Shown one piece after another: positions 28,346 through 39,077 of a stretch of DNA of 55,677 nucleotides. The notes beneath the pieces are model-generated. The model was not told the origin of the DNA, searched no databases, and worked only from the letters and a program-made list of their open reading frames with translations. Origin of the DNA: Girardia tigrina (lineage: Eukaryota); NCBI GenBank assembly GCA_001938485.1, contig MQRK01223189.1, forward strand, positions 1-55,677, in the 5' to 3' direction. The stretch's first letter is position 1. Each line of letters begins with the position of its first letter. A program made the position numbers and the translations under genes.

Positions 28346-31300
28346 TAATATTTTAGTAAACGATTTTAACTTAAATTTAATTTATTTAATTTATTAAATT
28401 TAATATATTTTAAAAATTAATGTTCATTTAAAAAATTACATAATACCTTTTTATTCAATAAAATTTAAGAAATTAAAACTTAATATTAAAAAATTTTTCA
28501 TTCATTGTTTTTTTAGATTTGAATACTTAAACAAAAACTATATCAATCAAAGAAAGATGACCTCTGAAAATTGATGTGAAGAATCTGTTTGTGTTGTCAA
28601 TAAATGTTTGCATTCAAATTGTGATGTTGTTAATAGTCCATATTTCAGGTGTCTTCTATCATTATATGCCTTTTTTCAATACGAAAGAAATTATGGGAAA
28701 ACTTGGCTTTATCTACCAAGCTTCTAATAGGCTTGATGACCATATTAAATATTGTTTTATTATGTAAATTTAAAAAACTTTCTAAGATAAACAATTAAAG
28801 CAATAATTTTGCTTAATGTGGTAAATAATAAATATCAATAAATAAAAATTGTTGAGATTTATGCAAAATAGATTATTTATTAATTATTCTTACTTGGGAC
28901 TGAACATTCACTTTTGCCCCATGTTCAATCAAGAAATTGACCACTTCAGATTTTCCAGCTAAACATGCAATGTGAAGAGCTGTATTTCCTTTTTTCGTTG
29001 CCGCATTGACATCAGCATTTCTGGCTAAAAGAATTTTGACTATTTCAACTAATCCTTCTTTAGATGCTATATGTAATGCATTTAGTCCATTCTGTAATAA
29101 GTCAAAAACGTTATAATTTTGTTAAAAATAAATAATTCATTTATAATTAAACTTTATAAAAGTAGTATTTTTACCTCCTCAAAAAGCATCATCATTTTCC
29201 TTCTTTTTTTCAATACTTTTATCAATATAAAATTATGAATTTAAAGTTATTTAATTTCAATAAATTAAAATCGTGAAGACATTTCCTAGAGGGCAGTTTG
29301 AAAAATATGAAAAGTTAAAAAATTATAAAATTGATCATTCACAAAAATCGTAAGAAAGACAAAGAAACAAAAAACTGCTTATTTTAATAAAGATTATTAA
29401 TAATATTGTATTATTGTATATTATTAATAATATTCTAGGAAATTTATACGAAGGAACTTTATACGATTGGAAAATTATACAATCGGAAATTTATACAAAT
29501 AAAATTAATACAAAGTTTTTTATACGAAAAATTCATTTTAAACGAAATTTTTGCGACTAAAAAATGAAAATTTATGCGAATGGAAATTTATAAAAATAAA
29601 AGTTTTTGAATAAAAATTTATTTTGATTTTAAAATACAAAATATGTTTTGTGTTCGAAATTTTTAAAGTATTTTCAATAGCTACAATAACTTCTGTTCAA
29701 AAGGTTTTGGAAACAAGTTTAAAATACACAACATTTACTGCATTCAAAGGCGAGTTTAATGTAATATTACATTTTATTTTATTTTATTTACATAAGATTT
29801 TGGTAAATATTTTTACAATACAATCAAAAAAGACAATCTAAATTTAGATATATATTAATAATTAAAACTAATAAATAAGCCAATTTAGAATTTAATGTTA
29901 TGAGCCACTCCACGTAAATAATCTCATTGTCATTGTGTAAATTTCCGTTTTTATAAATTTCTATTTTTTAGTCCTAGAAATTTCCATTAGTATTAGGTTG
30001 TGAAAAATAATGTCGTTTTTTGAATGGTCCTGATTTTTGATCATATTTTGAAATAAATCTTTATCATTTATTTATGTTTTATACATAATTTCAAAGCTTC
30101 TTTAAAACTCTATATTTCTATGATACTTTGTTTAAATATAAATTTTAAAATAACGTGTTTATTTAAATAGTTGTCAATATGCAAAAAGCGCAATTACGAG
30201 CAATTTTTTATATGAATTCAAACTTGGCCACAAAGCATCGGAGGCCGCCGAAATATCAACGGTACATTGGGCGATGGAATCACAAACGAACGTATGTTAC
30301 AACGTTGGTTCAAAAAATTTCAAGAAGTAGATGAGATCTTCAAAGATGATGATGGCCGCGGACGGAAACCTGTTATTGAAAATGAAAATTTGAAGGCTCT
30401 AGTAGAAGCAAATCCACGCACAACAGTTCGACAGTTTGCGGAGGAACTAGGTGTCACGATAGGAACAATTTCAAACGATCTGCGTGACATTGGGAAGTCG
30501 AAAAAACTAGATAAATGGATTCCTTACAAATTAACTGACAATCAAAAAATGCGTCGGTTTGAGGCATCCTCTTCATTTCTTCTGTGGAACAAGAATGATC
30601 CGTTTCTGGACCGAATTATAACGTGTGATGAAAAGTGGATTCATTACAACAATCGGAGATGTTCTTATCAATGGTTGGACCACGATCAAGCTCCGCAACC
30701 CTTTCCGAGGTCGAAATTGTACCAAAGAAAGATGATGGTAACTGTTTGGTGATCTGCAGCCGGTGTTATTCATCATAACTTCCTAAATACAGGAGAAACA
30801 ATTACGGCAGAGAGATACGGTCAGGAAATTGTCAAAATGAACCAGAAACTCCAATAACAACTAGTATTAGTCAATAGGAAGGGGCCTATTCTTCTACACG
30901 ATAACGCTCGGCTACACATCGCACGTCTGACAATGTAACTGTTAAACGAACTTGGCTACAAAATTTTGAGTCATTCACCATACTCACTTGACCTCTCGCC
31001 TACTGATTATCCCTTTTTCAAACATCTTGACATTTTTCTCCAGGAGAAATACTTCAAAAATCAAGGGGATGCTAAAACTTTCCTCAACGATTTCATCACC
31101 TCCAGAAAGCCAGAATTTTATGCAACCGGAATAAATAAACTTGTGCCAGGTTGGCAAAAGTGTATTGATGCAAAAGGTTGTTATTTCGATTAGTAAAAAT
31201 GATTCTACGCTGAGATATTTGTCTTTAATTAAGGTTAAAAAACGACATTATTTTTTAAACAATCTAATATAAATTTCCTTCGTATAAATGTTTTCGAAGA

Positions 31301-34300
31301 AAATTCCGGACACGTAATAAAATTACTCTGTAAAAATATAAACTTAAAAAACATATGCTCATGAATATTTAAAGTTATCGGCTGTTGTACTGTTAATGTT
31401 ATATCTACCTTATTGAAATAGCCCATGATTTTAATTAATAATTTAAAATTGTGGGTGAATGTGGTGTGTTTATTTGAGTGAACTGAAATTGGAATTGTGA
31501 GTCTCCCACCCAATTGGAAAATTTGTGTCTTATTGTATTTGAGATAACTGATCATTTGAACAGAATTGACATTTTTTTAATTAATGAAACCTTAATAATC
31601 CAATAAACTTTAAATTTAAAAAGTAATAAGTTAGGATATTTTTTAAATTTAAGTATTTTTTTAAAAATTCAAATGAGCATATTTAACGTATTAATTAAAG
31701 ACATTTTAGAAATAATTTTACAATTAGTTTAAATTAGCTTTTATAATTTAAATTAAATATTTGTAGAATAAATTAAAACATAAACTACGTAAGTTTTTGC
31801 AAAGTAATTGTATTTTAAAATATTTTTACATTGTGAATTTTAAATGAAATATAAATAAAATAATTTTCAAGTTAAAAACTCTAAACTGATTAATTTAATA
31901 ACGAATATCTAAATATTTTAAAATTAAATAAATATTAAATTTTATTGAAAAATGAGAAAATTTGTTCTAATAATCATTATTAAAAAATCTAGAAATAAGC
32001 AGAGCACGCCACTATGGTTTCTCCACGCCAATGCGCCAGTGCACACCACGAGCATTCCTTGGGCCACAATGATAATAAATGTTTTAATAATAATTGTGTC
32101 AGTGATCTTAACAACACCTTTGGACTATGTGAGGAATATTTTAAATTGTTTGAATGTGTAAATGTAGTGATGCTGTATGTTGATTTAAGTATTAATATGG
32201 CAAGAAAGTTTTTTCCATTACTCTCCACTTCTAAATAAGAAAGAAAATTACCATTCTAATGCTATTTTTTGTTAATTCATGTTTATAAATATTTTTGGCA
32301 AAAAAATCAATCGATATATATATACATATATATATNNNNNNNNNNNNNNNNNNNNNNNNNNNNNNNNNNNNNNNNNNNNNNNNNNNNNNNATATATATAT
32401 ATATATTAATTTATGTCATATGATCACTTTTCATATTGGATTTAAAAGGTTGTCGGTAAAAATGAAGTTTTCAAAATCTAACAGTCGATTCTATGCATAC
32501 GTTGAGTGGAAAAATTGAACGACTGCAGCTGAAACCTATAGAAATTTGTTCAATGCCTTCCCTGATGATTACCCAACAAAAACCGTACAAGAAATAAGAA
32601 GATTCTGTGGCATGGTCAATTTTTTACCACAAATATCTATTGTATAGATATTTCTTGTACGGTTTTTAGTGGTTGTACTAGAAATATCTATACAATATCT
32701 ACAACCACCAAAAACCGTACAAGAAATAAGAAGATTCGATATTACCTTTAAAATTTTAAATGTATTTCTTCACTTTCTCTTTTCAAGAATTCACAGCCTA
32801 AATCTGAATAAAATATCTGTTCCGCACAATAAGAAACTGGTTCTCTGATTTTACCTCAGGCAAGCGGCTATCATTGGACGATCACCCACGAAGTGGACGT
32901 CCTTCAGCAGCAACAACTGATGATTTGATTGAAAAAGTTAGGAGCATAATTGAGCAGGATGAAAGAATGTCTTTAAGACACATAACTGAAATGCTTGATG
33001 TCAACAAAGAATCAATAAGGACAATCCCCCATGAAAATTTGAACAGGAAAAAGATTTTGAGCATCTGGATGCTTTATCAACTGACTGATGATCACAAACG
33101 ACAACGTATTGAATCCTCAAGAAATGTTTTGCAACTTGTGCAACAATATGGGAAAGAATACTTGATGAAACGATGGATAACAGTTGATGAAACGTGGATA
33201 TCATTTTCCCCTACATTATGGAGATCCGACTTACGAGTATGGGCAGTGGAGATGATCCTCGACCACGTAATGTTCAAAACAAAAATTTGGACGAAGCACA
33301 ATGCTTATTTTGGCATTCACAACTGTTGGTAAGTTTCATATCGAAGTAACAAAATCTGCTGAGGCTTTCAATTATGAAAGATATACAGAATTCATTCAAA
33401 ATAGTCTTTCGAAGTTTAGTAAAGACAGACGACGAGTGAATATGTGAGAAATTCTTTGGCAGCATGATAATGCTCGACCACATTCATCCAAGTTTACCAC
33501 GGAGTTTTTACAGAAAAAAACATGTTGAATTGATTAAACGAGCTCCATATTCGCCTGATTTAAATCAGTGTGACAAATGGCTATTTAAATTTTTAAAAGG
33601 ATCACTAAGAACAACATCATTTGCAAGTGAGGAAGAGGTCTTACAAGCGGTCAGTGATATTCTGAGGAATCTCTCACGAGAAAAACTTTCCACATGAATT
33701 TGATAAACTTTTTACACATGCTGAAAATGTTATTTTTTGTAATGGTGAATATACCGTTGTGTAGAAATATATACTTGTTGTTTTATATTTGTTTTATTTA
33801 GAAATTAGAAATACAGAGGAGTAACGGAAAAAACTTTTTTGCAATATTAATATGTTGAATTTAGAATGGTGATTCTCCCACCCAGATGGAAATTGGTATT
33901 TTTTCATTTAAATTTAAAGTGATTAACTATTCGAACATAATTAAAATAATCATTTTATAAGTTCATATTTTTAAATTAACAATTAAAATTAAGTTTAATA
34001 TTTTTTGGTAAAATTTAAATTAAATGTATTTTTAATAATTTGAAAACATTTGTATTATTTTGGGATTTATTGAGAAATGGTAAAATTTATTATTTTTAAT
34101 TAATATTAATTAATATATTTAAAAAATAATTTAGAAAAATTGTTCGAATAATCATGATTAAAAATAGAAATAAGAAAACCAATTGGAATGATGACAAACG
34201 ATGAAAGACTTTCTGAGAGTCATAATGACTCTAAATGTGATTGTAATAAAAGTTCAAACGCGACTTGTCTAAATGTTCTTAATAAATTATCCTAATATAT

Positions 34301-34592
34301 CTAAATCATTTCACGATTTACCTTCTTTTTGTGGAAAATATTTTTTAAATTCTCTTGAGGTGAGTAAATTATTTCAAGGATTAATTCGTTGTTTGATCAT
34401 GTCAAACAAAATCACATCTGAACATTATTACTTAAAAATTGAACAATGAATAATAAAAATATCTGGAATTAAATACAAGTAAAAACAAACGGCATTTGCT
34501 GTGGCTATATCTCCTCCGCTATCGAGAAAATCAATTATTTTTTGCGTATTTCCTGACCGAGCCGCTCTCAGAAAACTCTGGCCACCATCCAT
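10176..34592 (-). CDS. Ank: Ankyrin (Ank2/unc-44-like), N-terminal membrane-binding domain, partial; exons 34491-34592, 28894-29091, 28105-28203, 27869-28054, 27724-27822, 25510-25707, 25369-25467, 16265-16363, 16117-16215, 15870-16067, 10176-10373
   Basis: Manual splicing gives 1575 nt / 525 aa with no stop, all introns GT-AG and phase 0. The sequence follows canonical ankyrin repeat order ([79 protein letters not shown]). The gene continues beyond position 1. Confidence 0.95.
11744..12066. mobile_element. hAT (Charlie/Buster-type) MITE
   Basis: TIRs CTGTGGTTCTTAAC / GTTAAGAACCACTG; perfect 8-bp TSD GTCTAAAG at 11736-11743 and 12067-12074. Confidence 0.9.
12161..12242. mobile_element. 82-bp piggyBac micro-MITE
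   Basis: TTAA on both sides; 16-bp TIR CCCTCATCCATCCCTC with 2 mismatches; internal CGGGTC..GACCCG palindrome. Confidence 0.8.
13234..13654 (-). mobile_element. Deleted hAT element with transposase C-terminal remnant
   Basis: TIR CAGGCCTGTAGCTAAC vs AAGACCCGTAGCTAAC; minus-strand [34 protein letters not shown] resembles the end of the hAT dimerisation domain. Confidence 0.6.
14420..15522 (-). mobile_element. Decayed mariner transposon
   Basis: [45 protein letters not shown] remnants; one TIR-like end GGTCAATAAGTCCGTGACTTT. Confidence 0.8.
15870..16067 (-). CDS. Ank: Ankyrin exon: [14 protein letters not shown]...GSLVDARAK
   Basis: AAG acceptor, GTAAGT donor, 198 nt; overlaps ORF 15831..16034. 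Confidence 0.95.
16117..16215 (-). CDS. Ank: Ankyrin exon: [33 protein letters not shown]
   Basis: AAG acceptor, GTACGT donor, 99 nt; both flanking introns 49 nt. Confidence 0.95.
16265..16363 (-). CDS. Ank: Ankyrin exon: [33 protein letters not shown]
   Basis: TAG acceptor, GTATG donor, 99 nt. Confidence 0.95.
16430..16840 (-). mobile_element. Short decayed mariner N-terminal fragment
   Basis: [25 protein letters not shown] remnants. Confidence 0.4.
17100..17810 (+). mobile_element. Decayed RLE-clade (R2/NeSL-like) non-LTR C-terminal remnant
   Basis: Broken peptides around IVPDKVIL and [10 protein letters not shown] resemble the PD..D restriction-like endonuclease region. Confidence 0.3.
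17869..20193. mobile_element. TA-flanked MITE with CAGT termini, carrying a nested mariner
   Basis: TIRs CAGTTGGTTTCCATTTCTCGGGACAAA / TTTGTCCCGAGAAATGGGAACCTACTG; TA on both sides. Confidence 0.75.
18280..19322 (-). mobile_element. Mariner pseudogene inserted in a (TA)n tract; 5' end lost in the N gap 19323-20030
   Basis: KWFIKFRNG...RSGRP (ORF 18919..19236), [18 protein letters not shown]; TIR TAGGGTTATGCATAAGTT. Confidence 0.88.
21312..21514. mobile_element. piggyBac MITE
   Basis: TTAA|CCCTTAGTAGCCT ... AGGTTATTAAGGG|TTAA. Confidence 0.75.
21955..22407 (-). mobile_element. Penelope 3' fragment with head-to-head inverted duplication
   Basis: 21955-22267 matches 2905-3225; 22275-22407 is the reverse complement of the GIY-YIG segment ~3102-3233. 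Confidence 0.9.
21973..22011 (-). ncRNA. Minimal type I hammerhead ribozyme (intact copy)
   Basis: GUU-CUGACGA-U-GACGG(UUAAA)CCGUC-GAAA-UUAAUA^AAC; perfect stem II, stem I GUU/AAC, palindromic stem III. Confidence 0.78.
22430..23684 (+). mobile_element. rosa/DD41D Tc1-mariner transposon pseudogene, left TIR missing
   Basis: [41 protein letters not shown]..(41 aa after repairing a 1-nt deletion)..DFFLWVYLK; right end GCGCCCTG|TA. Confidence 0.85.
24455..24560 (+). repeat. Diverged relative of the family A LTR 5' end
   Basis: TGTGAGAAATA... TGTATGTTGATTT... TCTCCTACCCAGATGGA; 3' end not defined. Confidence 0.55.
25369..25467 (-). CDS. Ank: Ankyrin exon: [33 protein letters not shown]
   Basis: TAG acceptor, GTAAG donor, 99 nt; preceding intron 42 nt. 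Confidence 0.95.
25510..25707 (-). CDS. Ank: Ankyrin exon: [13 protein letters not shown]...GSNHAAKTR
   Basis: AAG acceptor, GTAG donor, 198 nt; overlaps ORF 25468..25686. Confidence 0.93.
26245..26475. repeat. Degenerate AT-rich tandem repeat, ~94-bp unit x ~2.5
   Basis: ATCATTTTTAATTTT recurs at ~26250, ~26346 and ~26437 with similar downstream sequence. Confidence 0.55.
26585..26740 (+). mobile_element. hAT dimerisation-domain remnant
   Basis: [13 protein letters not shown] ... ILAEMNV. Confidence 0.4.
27724..27822 (-). CDS. Ank: Ankyrin exon: [33 protein letters not shown]
   Basis: TAG acceptor, GT donor, 99 nt. Confidence 0.95.
27869..28054 (-). CDS. Ank: Ankyrin exon: [18 protein letters not shown]...[10 protein letters not shown]
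   Basis: CAG acceptor, GTAA donor, 186 nt; flanking introns 50 and 46 nt. Confidence 0.95.
28105..28203 (-). CDS. Ank: Ankyrin exon: [33 protein letters not shown]
   Basis: TAG acceptor, GTAA donor, 99 nt. Confidence 0.95.
28303..28342. repeat. (TA)n microsatellite
   Basis: Direct observation. Confidence 0.9.
28894..29091 (-). CDS. Ank: Ankyrin exon: [13 protein letters not shown]...GAKVNVQSQ (repeats 2-3)
   Basis: CAG acceptor, GTAAG donor, 198 nt. Confidence 0.95.
29437..31296. mobile_element. Foldback-like element built of ~15-bp GGAAATTTATACGAA units, right arm interrupted by a mariner
   Basis: Direct units at 29437-29595; inverted units at 29935-29992 and 31268-31296. Confidence 0.6.
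29993..31267 (+). mobile_element. Full-length mariner (DD34D), 1275 bp, transposase pseudogene 30179-31193
   Basis: TIRs TTAGGTTGTGAAAAATAATGTCGTTTTTT / AAAAAACGACATTATTTTTTAAACAATCTAA, TA flanks; [29 protein letters not shown]; stops and a frameshift. Confidence 0.95.
31450..31972 (+). repeat. Possible diverged solo LTR related to family A
   Basis: Starts TGTGGG, contains TCTCCCACCCAATTGGAAA, ends GTTCTAATA; TSD not convincing. Confidence 0.4.
32128..32194 (+). repeat. 5' fragment of the family A LTR
   Basis: Near identical to 46943-47006. Confidence 0.8.
32410..33845 (+). mobile_element. Mariner-type (DD34D) transposase pseudogene with a foreign insertion at ~32576-32815
   Basis: [40 protein letters not shown]. 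Confidence 0.88.
33851..34284 (+). repeat. 5'-truncated family A LTR
   Basis: Colinear with 47004-47415; ends GTTCTTAATA. Confidence 0.85.
34491..34592 (-). CDS. Ank: Ankyrin exon: [34 protein letters not shown] (repeat 1)
   Basis: TAG acceptor directly before ATG and GT donor at 34490; 102 nt. The acceptor implies a further upstream exon. Confidence 0.92.
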
Positions 34593-35089
34593 CTAAATTA
34601 ATGGAATTTAATCATTAATATTTCAATTTTATTTAAAAAAATATTATTAAAATAATTTATAACTTTATGAAAATTGAAAATTATAATAAAAATAATTCTT
34701 GAATTATCGAAAGTAAATAAACAAAATTAATGATTAAAATTTTAGAATTTCGGAAATTTTAATTTGCCAATTTTTCAATGACACGAGTTTACAATTTGTA
34801 CCTAAAATTATTTTATATAATTAATACATTATTCAGTTTGTAAATTTGAGTCTTTTAAACGCTAATTTGATATTTTTGAAAAATAATTTTGTTAAAGCTT
34901 TTTTAAGCAATTGATTATTGAACATTTTTCAGAATTTCGTATTCCATCAGTAGCAATTATAACTTAATATTTGTAAGTTTAATGTTAATTTTATAAAATT
35001 TTAGTTTAAGGGAATGACTTTTTTTAATTATTCAAGATATTATTGGATAATAATGGCGAAATATTTCTCAATGTTATTAAATTTAATTA

Positions 35090-35738
35090 TAGAATATGAA
35101 ACCCCACTCAATATGTATTTGCTAGAAACAAAGCGTGAGTCAGCAGAGTAGAAACTAACTGGATAGAAGCCATCTTTGGAGATGCGAACCGGGACAATTC
35201 ATGGACTAGCGATGATGTCTTCCATTTTACGGGATCCTAAAGGTGTTATTCTTATGGATTGTGTGGATAAATGCATCACCATCAACGATACTTATTATAA
35301 CCAACTCGTGACAACCGCCAAAAAGAATAGACCGAAGCAGAAGAACTTAATACTATGGTTTTTCCACGACAATGTGTCAGTTCACGCAGCGGGCATTTCT
35401 CGGGTCTTAATTGAAGGTGCTGGAATAGTGCTTGTGGATCATCCACCGTACAGCCAAGATTTGGCACCGAACGATTTTTACCTCTTCAAACACCTTAAGA
35501 AACATTTGAGATGCATCCAGTTTGAATCCAAAGAAGATTTGAAGATTGCTTTGAAGGATTTCTTCTCCGAATACCCAAGAACATTTTAAAAGTTGTTTTC
35601 TGAGTTGAATATTCTTTGGAAGAAGTTTGTGCAATGAAATTGAAATTATGTTGAAAAATGATGCCTACTTACTTTAAGCTTGTTTTGCTATAAAAATAAC
35701 CCTTTTTGGAATTAATTTTACACATTGAACGTACCACA
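35090..35738 (+). mobile_element. Mariner 3' half (same family as 52740-54006)
   Basis: ORF 35176..35589 FFHDNVSVH, HPPYSQDLAPNDFYLF; eroded TIR ending GTACCACA|TA. Confidence 0.88.
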
Positions 35739-35829
35739 TATACAATAGATGTATATATGTTTTTTATTTGAAATCAGAACAATGAGAAAATATTCATGAA
35801 ATGACATATACTTAGATAGAGCCCTGTCT

Positions 35830-36420
35830 CCTTCAAAATGAAAAGTAAACAAATAGATTTCAGACTTTAAGAAATGAAGGAAATCCGTGCATCACAACTT
35901 TTTGAATGTTTTTGAATGTCTGCAAATCGAGATTTTGAACATTTTTGCGCATTATGAATCTGTTCTGATCCTTTTACCCATGACTACAAGCGTAATTCAA
36001 GTGAGTGACGAATGATTGGTGAATAACCTTCATTGAAGTTGAAATCAGGACTTTAACATCGCAATTGTTTGATGTTCTTTGTGAGTGTTATTCATACATA
36101 TTTCACACATCGAATACATTCTATTAAAGATACAATCGATTCAGTAATGTTAAAAGAATGCATGGAAAAGATGTAAAGAAACTCGCAAATTTGTGTGCTC
36201 ATTGACAATACATCTCTTATGTTGCAATTTCAACTGCGTATCTGTCTCTCAGATGGAATCTTGTGACTTCAGATATTTATTTATTCAAGCACATGATAAA
36301 GGTCATTCGTGGAAAGCATTTTAATGAGACTAATGACATATAAAAGTTATAAGATAACTGATGTGCTAAAAAGCATCACCTTTTGTTCATGAAAGCATTT
36401 GATGAACTAACACTACACTG
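35830..36420 (+). mobile_element. Decayed Tigger/pogo-like transposase remnant
   Basis: Broken peptides CVLIDNTS and MKAFDELT resemble DDE_1 motifs. Confidence 0.35.
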
Positions 36421-38514
36421 GAGTGAAAGTTTTCGAATGAGTCCCCGGGGCTTAAGAACGGATCTAAATCGATGCTATCATCAAGTCATGTGCATTTAAT
36501 CCGTTGAGATGGCGATATCCTTCACCATAATAACACGAGACTACATGTCGCTTAACAGATACTTCGAAAAATAAAAGATCTAAATTACGTTTTAAAACGT
36601 TGAGACACAGATGTAGAAAATAATGATTACTACAAAACTGATTTTGCTGAAAAAGTGTTTTGCGTTATTTTATTTCAGATCAGGAACCAACCTCTTCAAT
36701 CACAAAACACTTCAATTCCCTAAAGACTAATAGGGGTTAATGTCACTTAAAGTTATCTAAATTGAATTAAATTGTAAATTAAACTAATATAAATGTTTAA
36801 TCATTAATTTTTCCTCATATCTTATTTTAAATGTTTCTGCTTTCCCTTTTTAGTTATATATTCAAAGATGAAATTCTAGTGATATCTTTTTTTAGAACAT
36901 TGAATTAAAATTATTGAAATTGTCGGAAAAAATTAACCAATTTTATAATAATTTCAATTGCTGTAAGTCGCGGAGAAGCTCAATTTATGTTAAATTTTCA
37001 AGTCAGAATAAAATTTAATAAAATTTAATTTGTTTGATAAATCTGCCATTATATATACTTATTTATATACGAACATTAAATAAACAGTTAAATGGTTTTC
37101 TGTTGTGTTTTCTTCTTTCAGGGGAAATTTTCCATTTAGATGTTTTATAAATAAATAAAAAATATAAATGGGAAATCTTAAAATTTTATATTATTGTTAT
37201 ATTTTATATTTTATACAAAATATAATAACAAAACTAAAGGTCCAAAGAAACATTCTTTGCAAAAGAATAAAAATCAAAATTAATTTTGCAATAAATATGG
37301 TTAGGATTTTGGAAGTTTACGTAATTTTTTGAATTTTTGTGTTTAAAATCGATCAAAGGAATTTTCAAAATATTTAAAATTATGTTTTTACAAATTTAAA
37401 ACATTGGAAATTTCAGATTTGAAAATATTTTAAATTAAAGCCTAAAATTATTATTTTAATTTTAAAATTATATTTTATAATAAGAAAAATGAAAAAGTTT
37501 AGTTTAATATTTTTCAATTGAAAAATTTTTAATAATAATTTGGAAAAGTTTAGTAAAGTTTTTTTTTAAATAAAAGAAAATAAATGTTTAACGATTAAGA
37601 TAAAAATGTTTCATATGATGGTTTATAAAATGAGTTAAAATAAAAGAATTTTAATAAAATCATAAAGGATAAAATTTTAATAAAAGTTATGCTGTAAAAT
37701 TAATTTTTAAAATTTCCAAATTTAAGAAATACTAAATTAAGTATTTGTAATTATATTTCATTATCTTAGTATATAAATGATTTGTACTGTTATAAAAGCG
37801 AATCTCTAAATAACAACAATATATTTGAATTACAGTTTACAATACTGATTATTAAAACAACTTACATATTAAAATACATGTATATTTACATAATTATTCC
37901 ACATGTACAAAAGAAAAATTGTTCCTAGAAAATTTGCTCGAAAAATATGTTCTTGTGATTATATTAATAAAATTTTGGTGTTATAACTTCAACTTTTGAT
38001 ACTGAACTTAAAAAATATTATTAATTAAATATTATTAATTAGAATTAATTTATGTTACATTCATATAATTAGCTTTGTTGAGTTTAATTTGTGATATATA
38101 ATTGACATGACATTCGTGGGTAGGTTCTTCTAACAATTAATATCCTTCGAAAATCAGATTCATCATACAAAATTGATACTCTAAAAGGTGTCATTGTTTT
38201 CTATCAACCTGATATTACAAAATAAGAAAAAAAATGAAAATTCATGTTAAAACACTTTTGCTCTCTATTAACGAACAAGCCTCCCCAAATCATTTGAAGG
38301 ATTCATTTATATTTATTACATATAAATAACGAAGAACTAGAAAGAAATTGGTAATGATTATAAAATACGAAAGAATCGATGCTTTCTTAACAAAATCAGA
38401 TGCTCTATCATGAATCGAAATTCGTCCATCTTTAGACATGAAAAGTAAAACAAACTTGCATATTCAAACAACAAATTATTTCATACATGTCATTATTTAT
38501 ATTTATCCTAATTA

Positions 38515-39077
38515 CAGGATAGTTAAACGAGCACGAAATCTCCAATTTCTGCTAAATTGAAAGTTTAGAATATATTGGGAAGACAAAAATACCAGATAAA
38601 AAATTTTTAGAGTACCTTCACATAAATATTATTTAACAAAACTTTTTTTAAGTAAATCCAAATTTTGAGTCAAAATTTATATCTATCGATAGAGATCGAT
38701 TAGTAAATAAAACTTTTTGGCAAACTAATAGTTAGAAACGAATAGAAAACAAATTAAACAATAAAGTTCGATAACATGAAAAATTTTATTTGAACAAAAT
38801 TTCATTAAATTGATTTTATTATTCTTTATTTATTTTCAATGAATTTTGTTTAAAAAAATACTTATTCCTATTATCGTATGAATAGTTTTATTTACTAATC
38901 AAACTATATCGATAGATACAAAATTTGACTCGAAATTTGGACTCAAAATAAAATTTATATCGTAATATTTATATTAAGGGACTCTTTAAATTTTTTCTCC
39001 CCATTTTTGTCTTCCTGATATTCCAATTTCTCAATTTCAACAGAAATTGGAGATTGCGTACCCGAAGGGCCACCCTG
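38515..39077. mobile_element. Near-palindromic Tc1/mariner-type MITE (~563 bp)
   Basis: TA|CAGGATAG...CACCCTG|TA; arms stay reverse-complementary for >=200 bp (AATCTCCAATTTCTG, GAAGACAAAAAT, TATCTATCGATA, GATTAGTAAATAAAACT). Confidence 0.8.
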
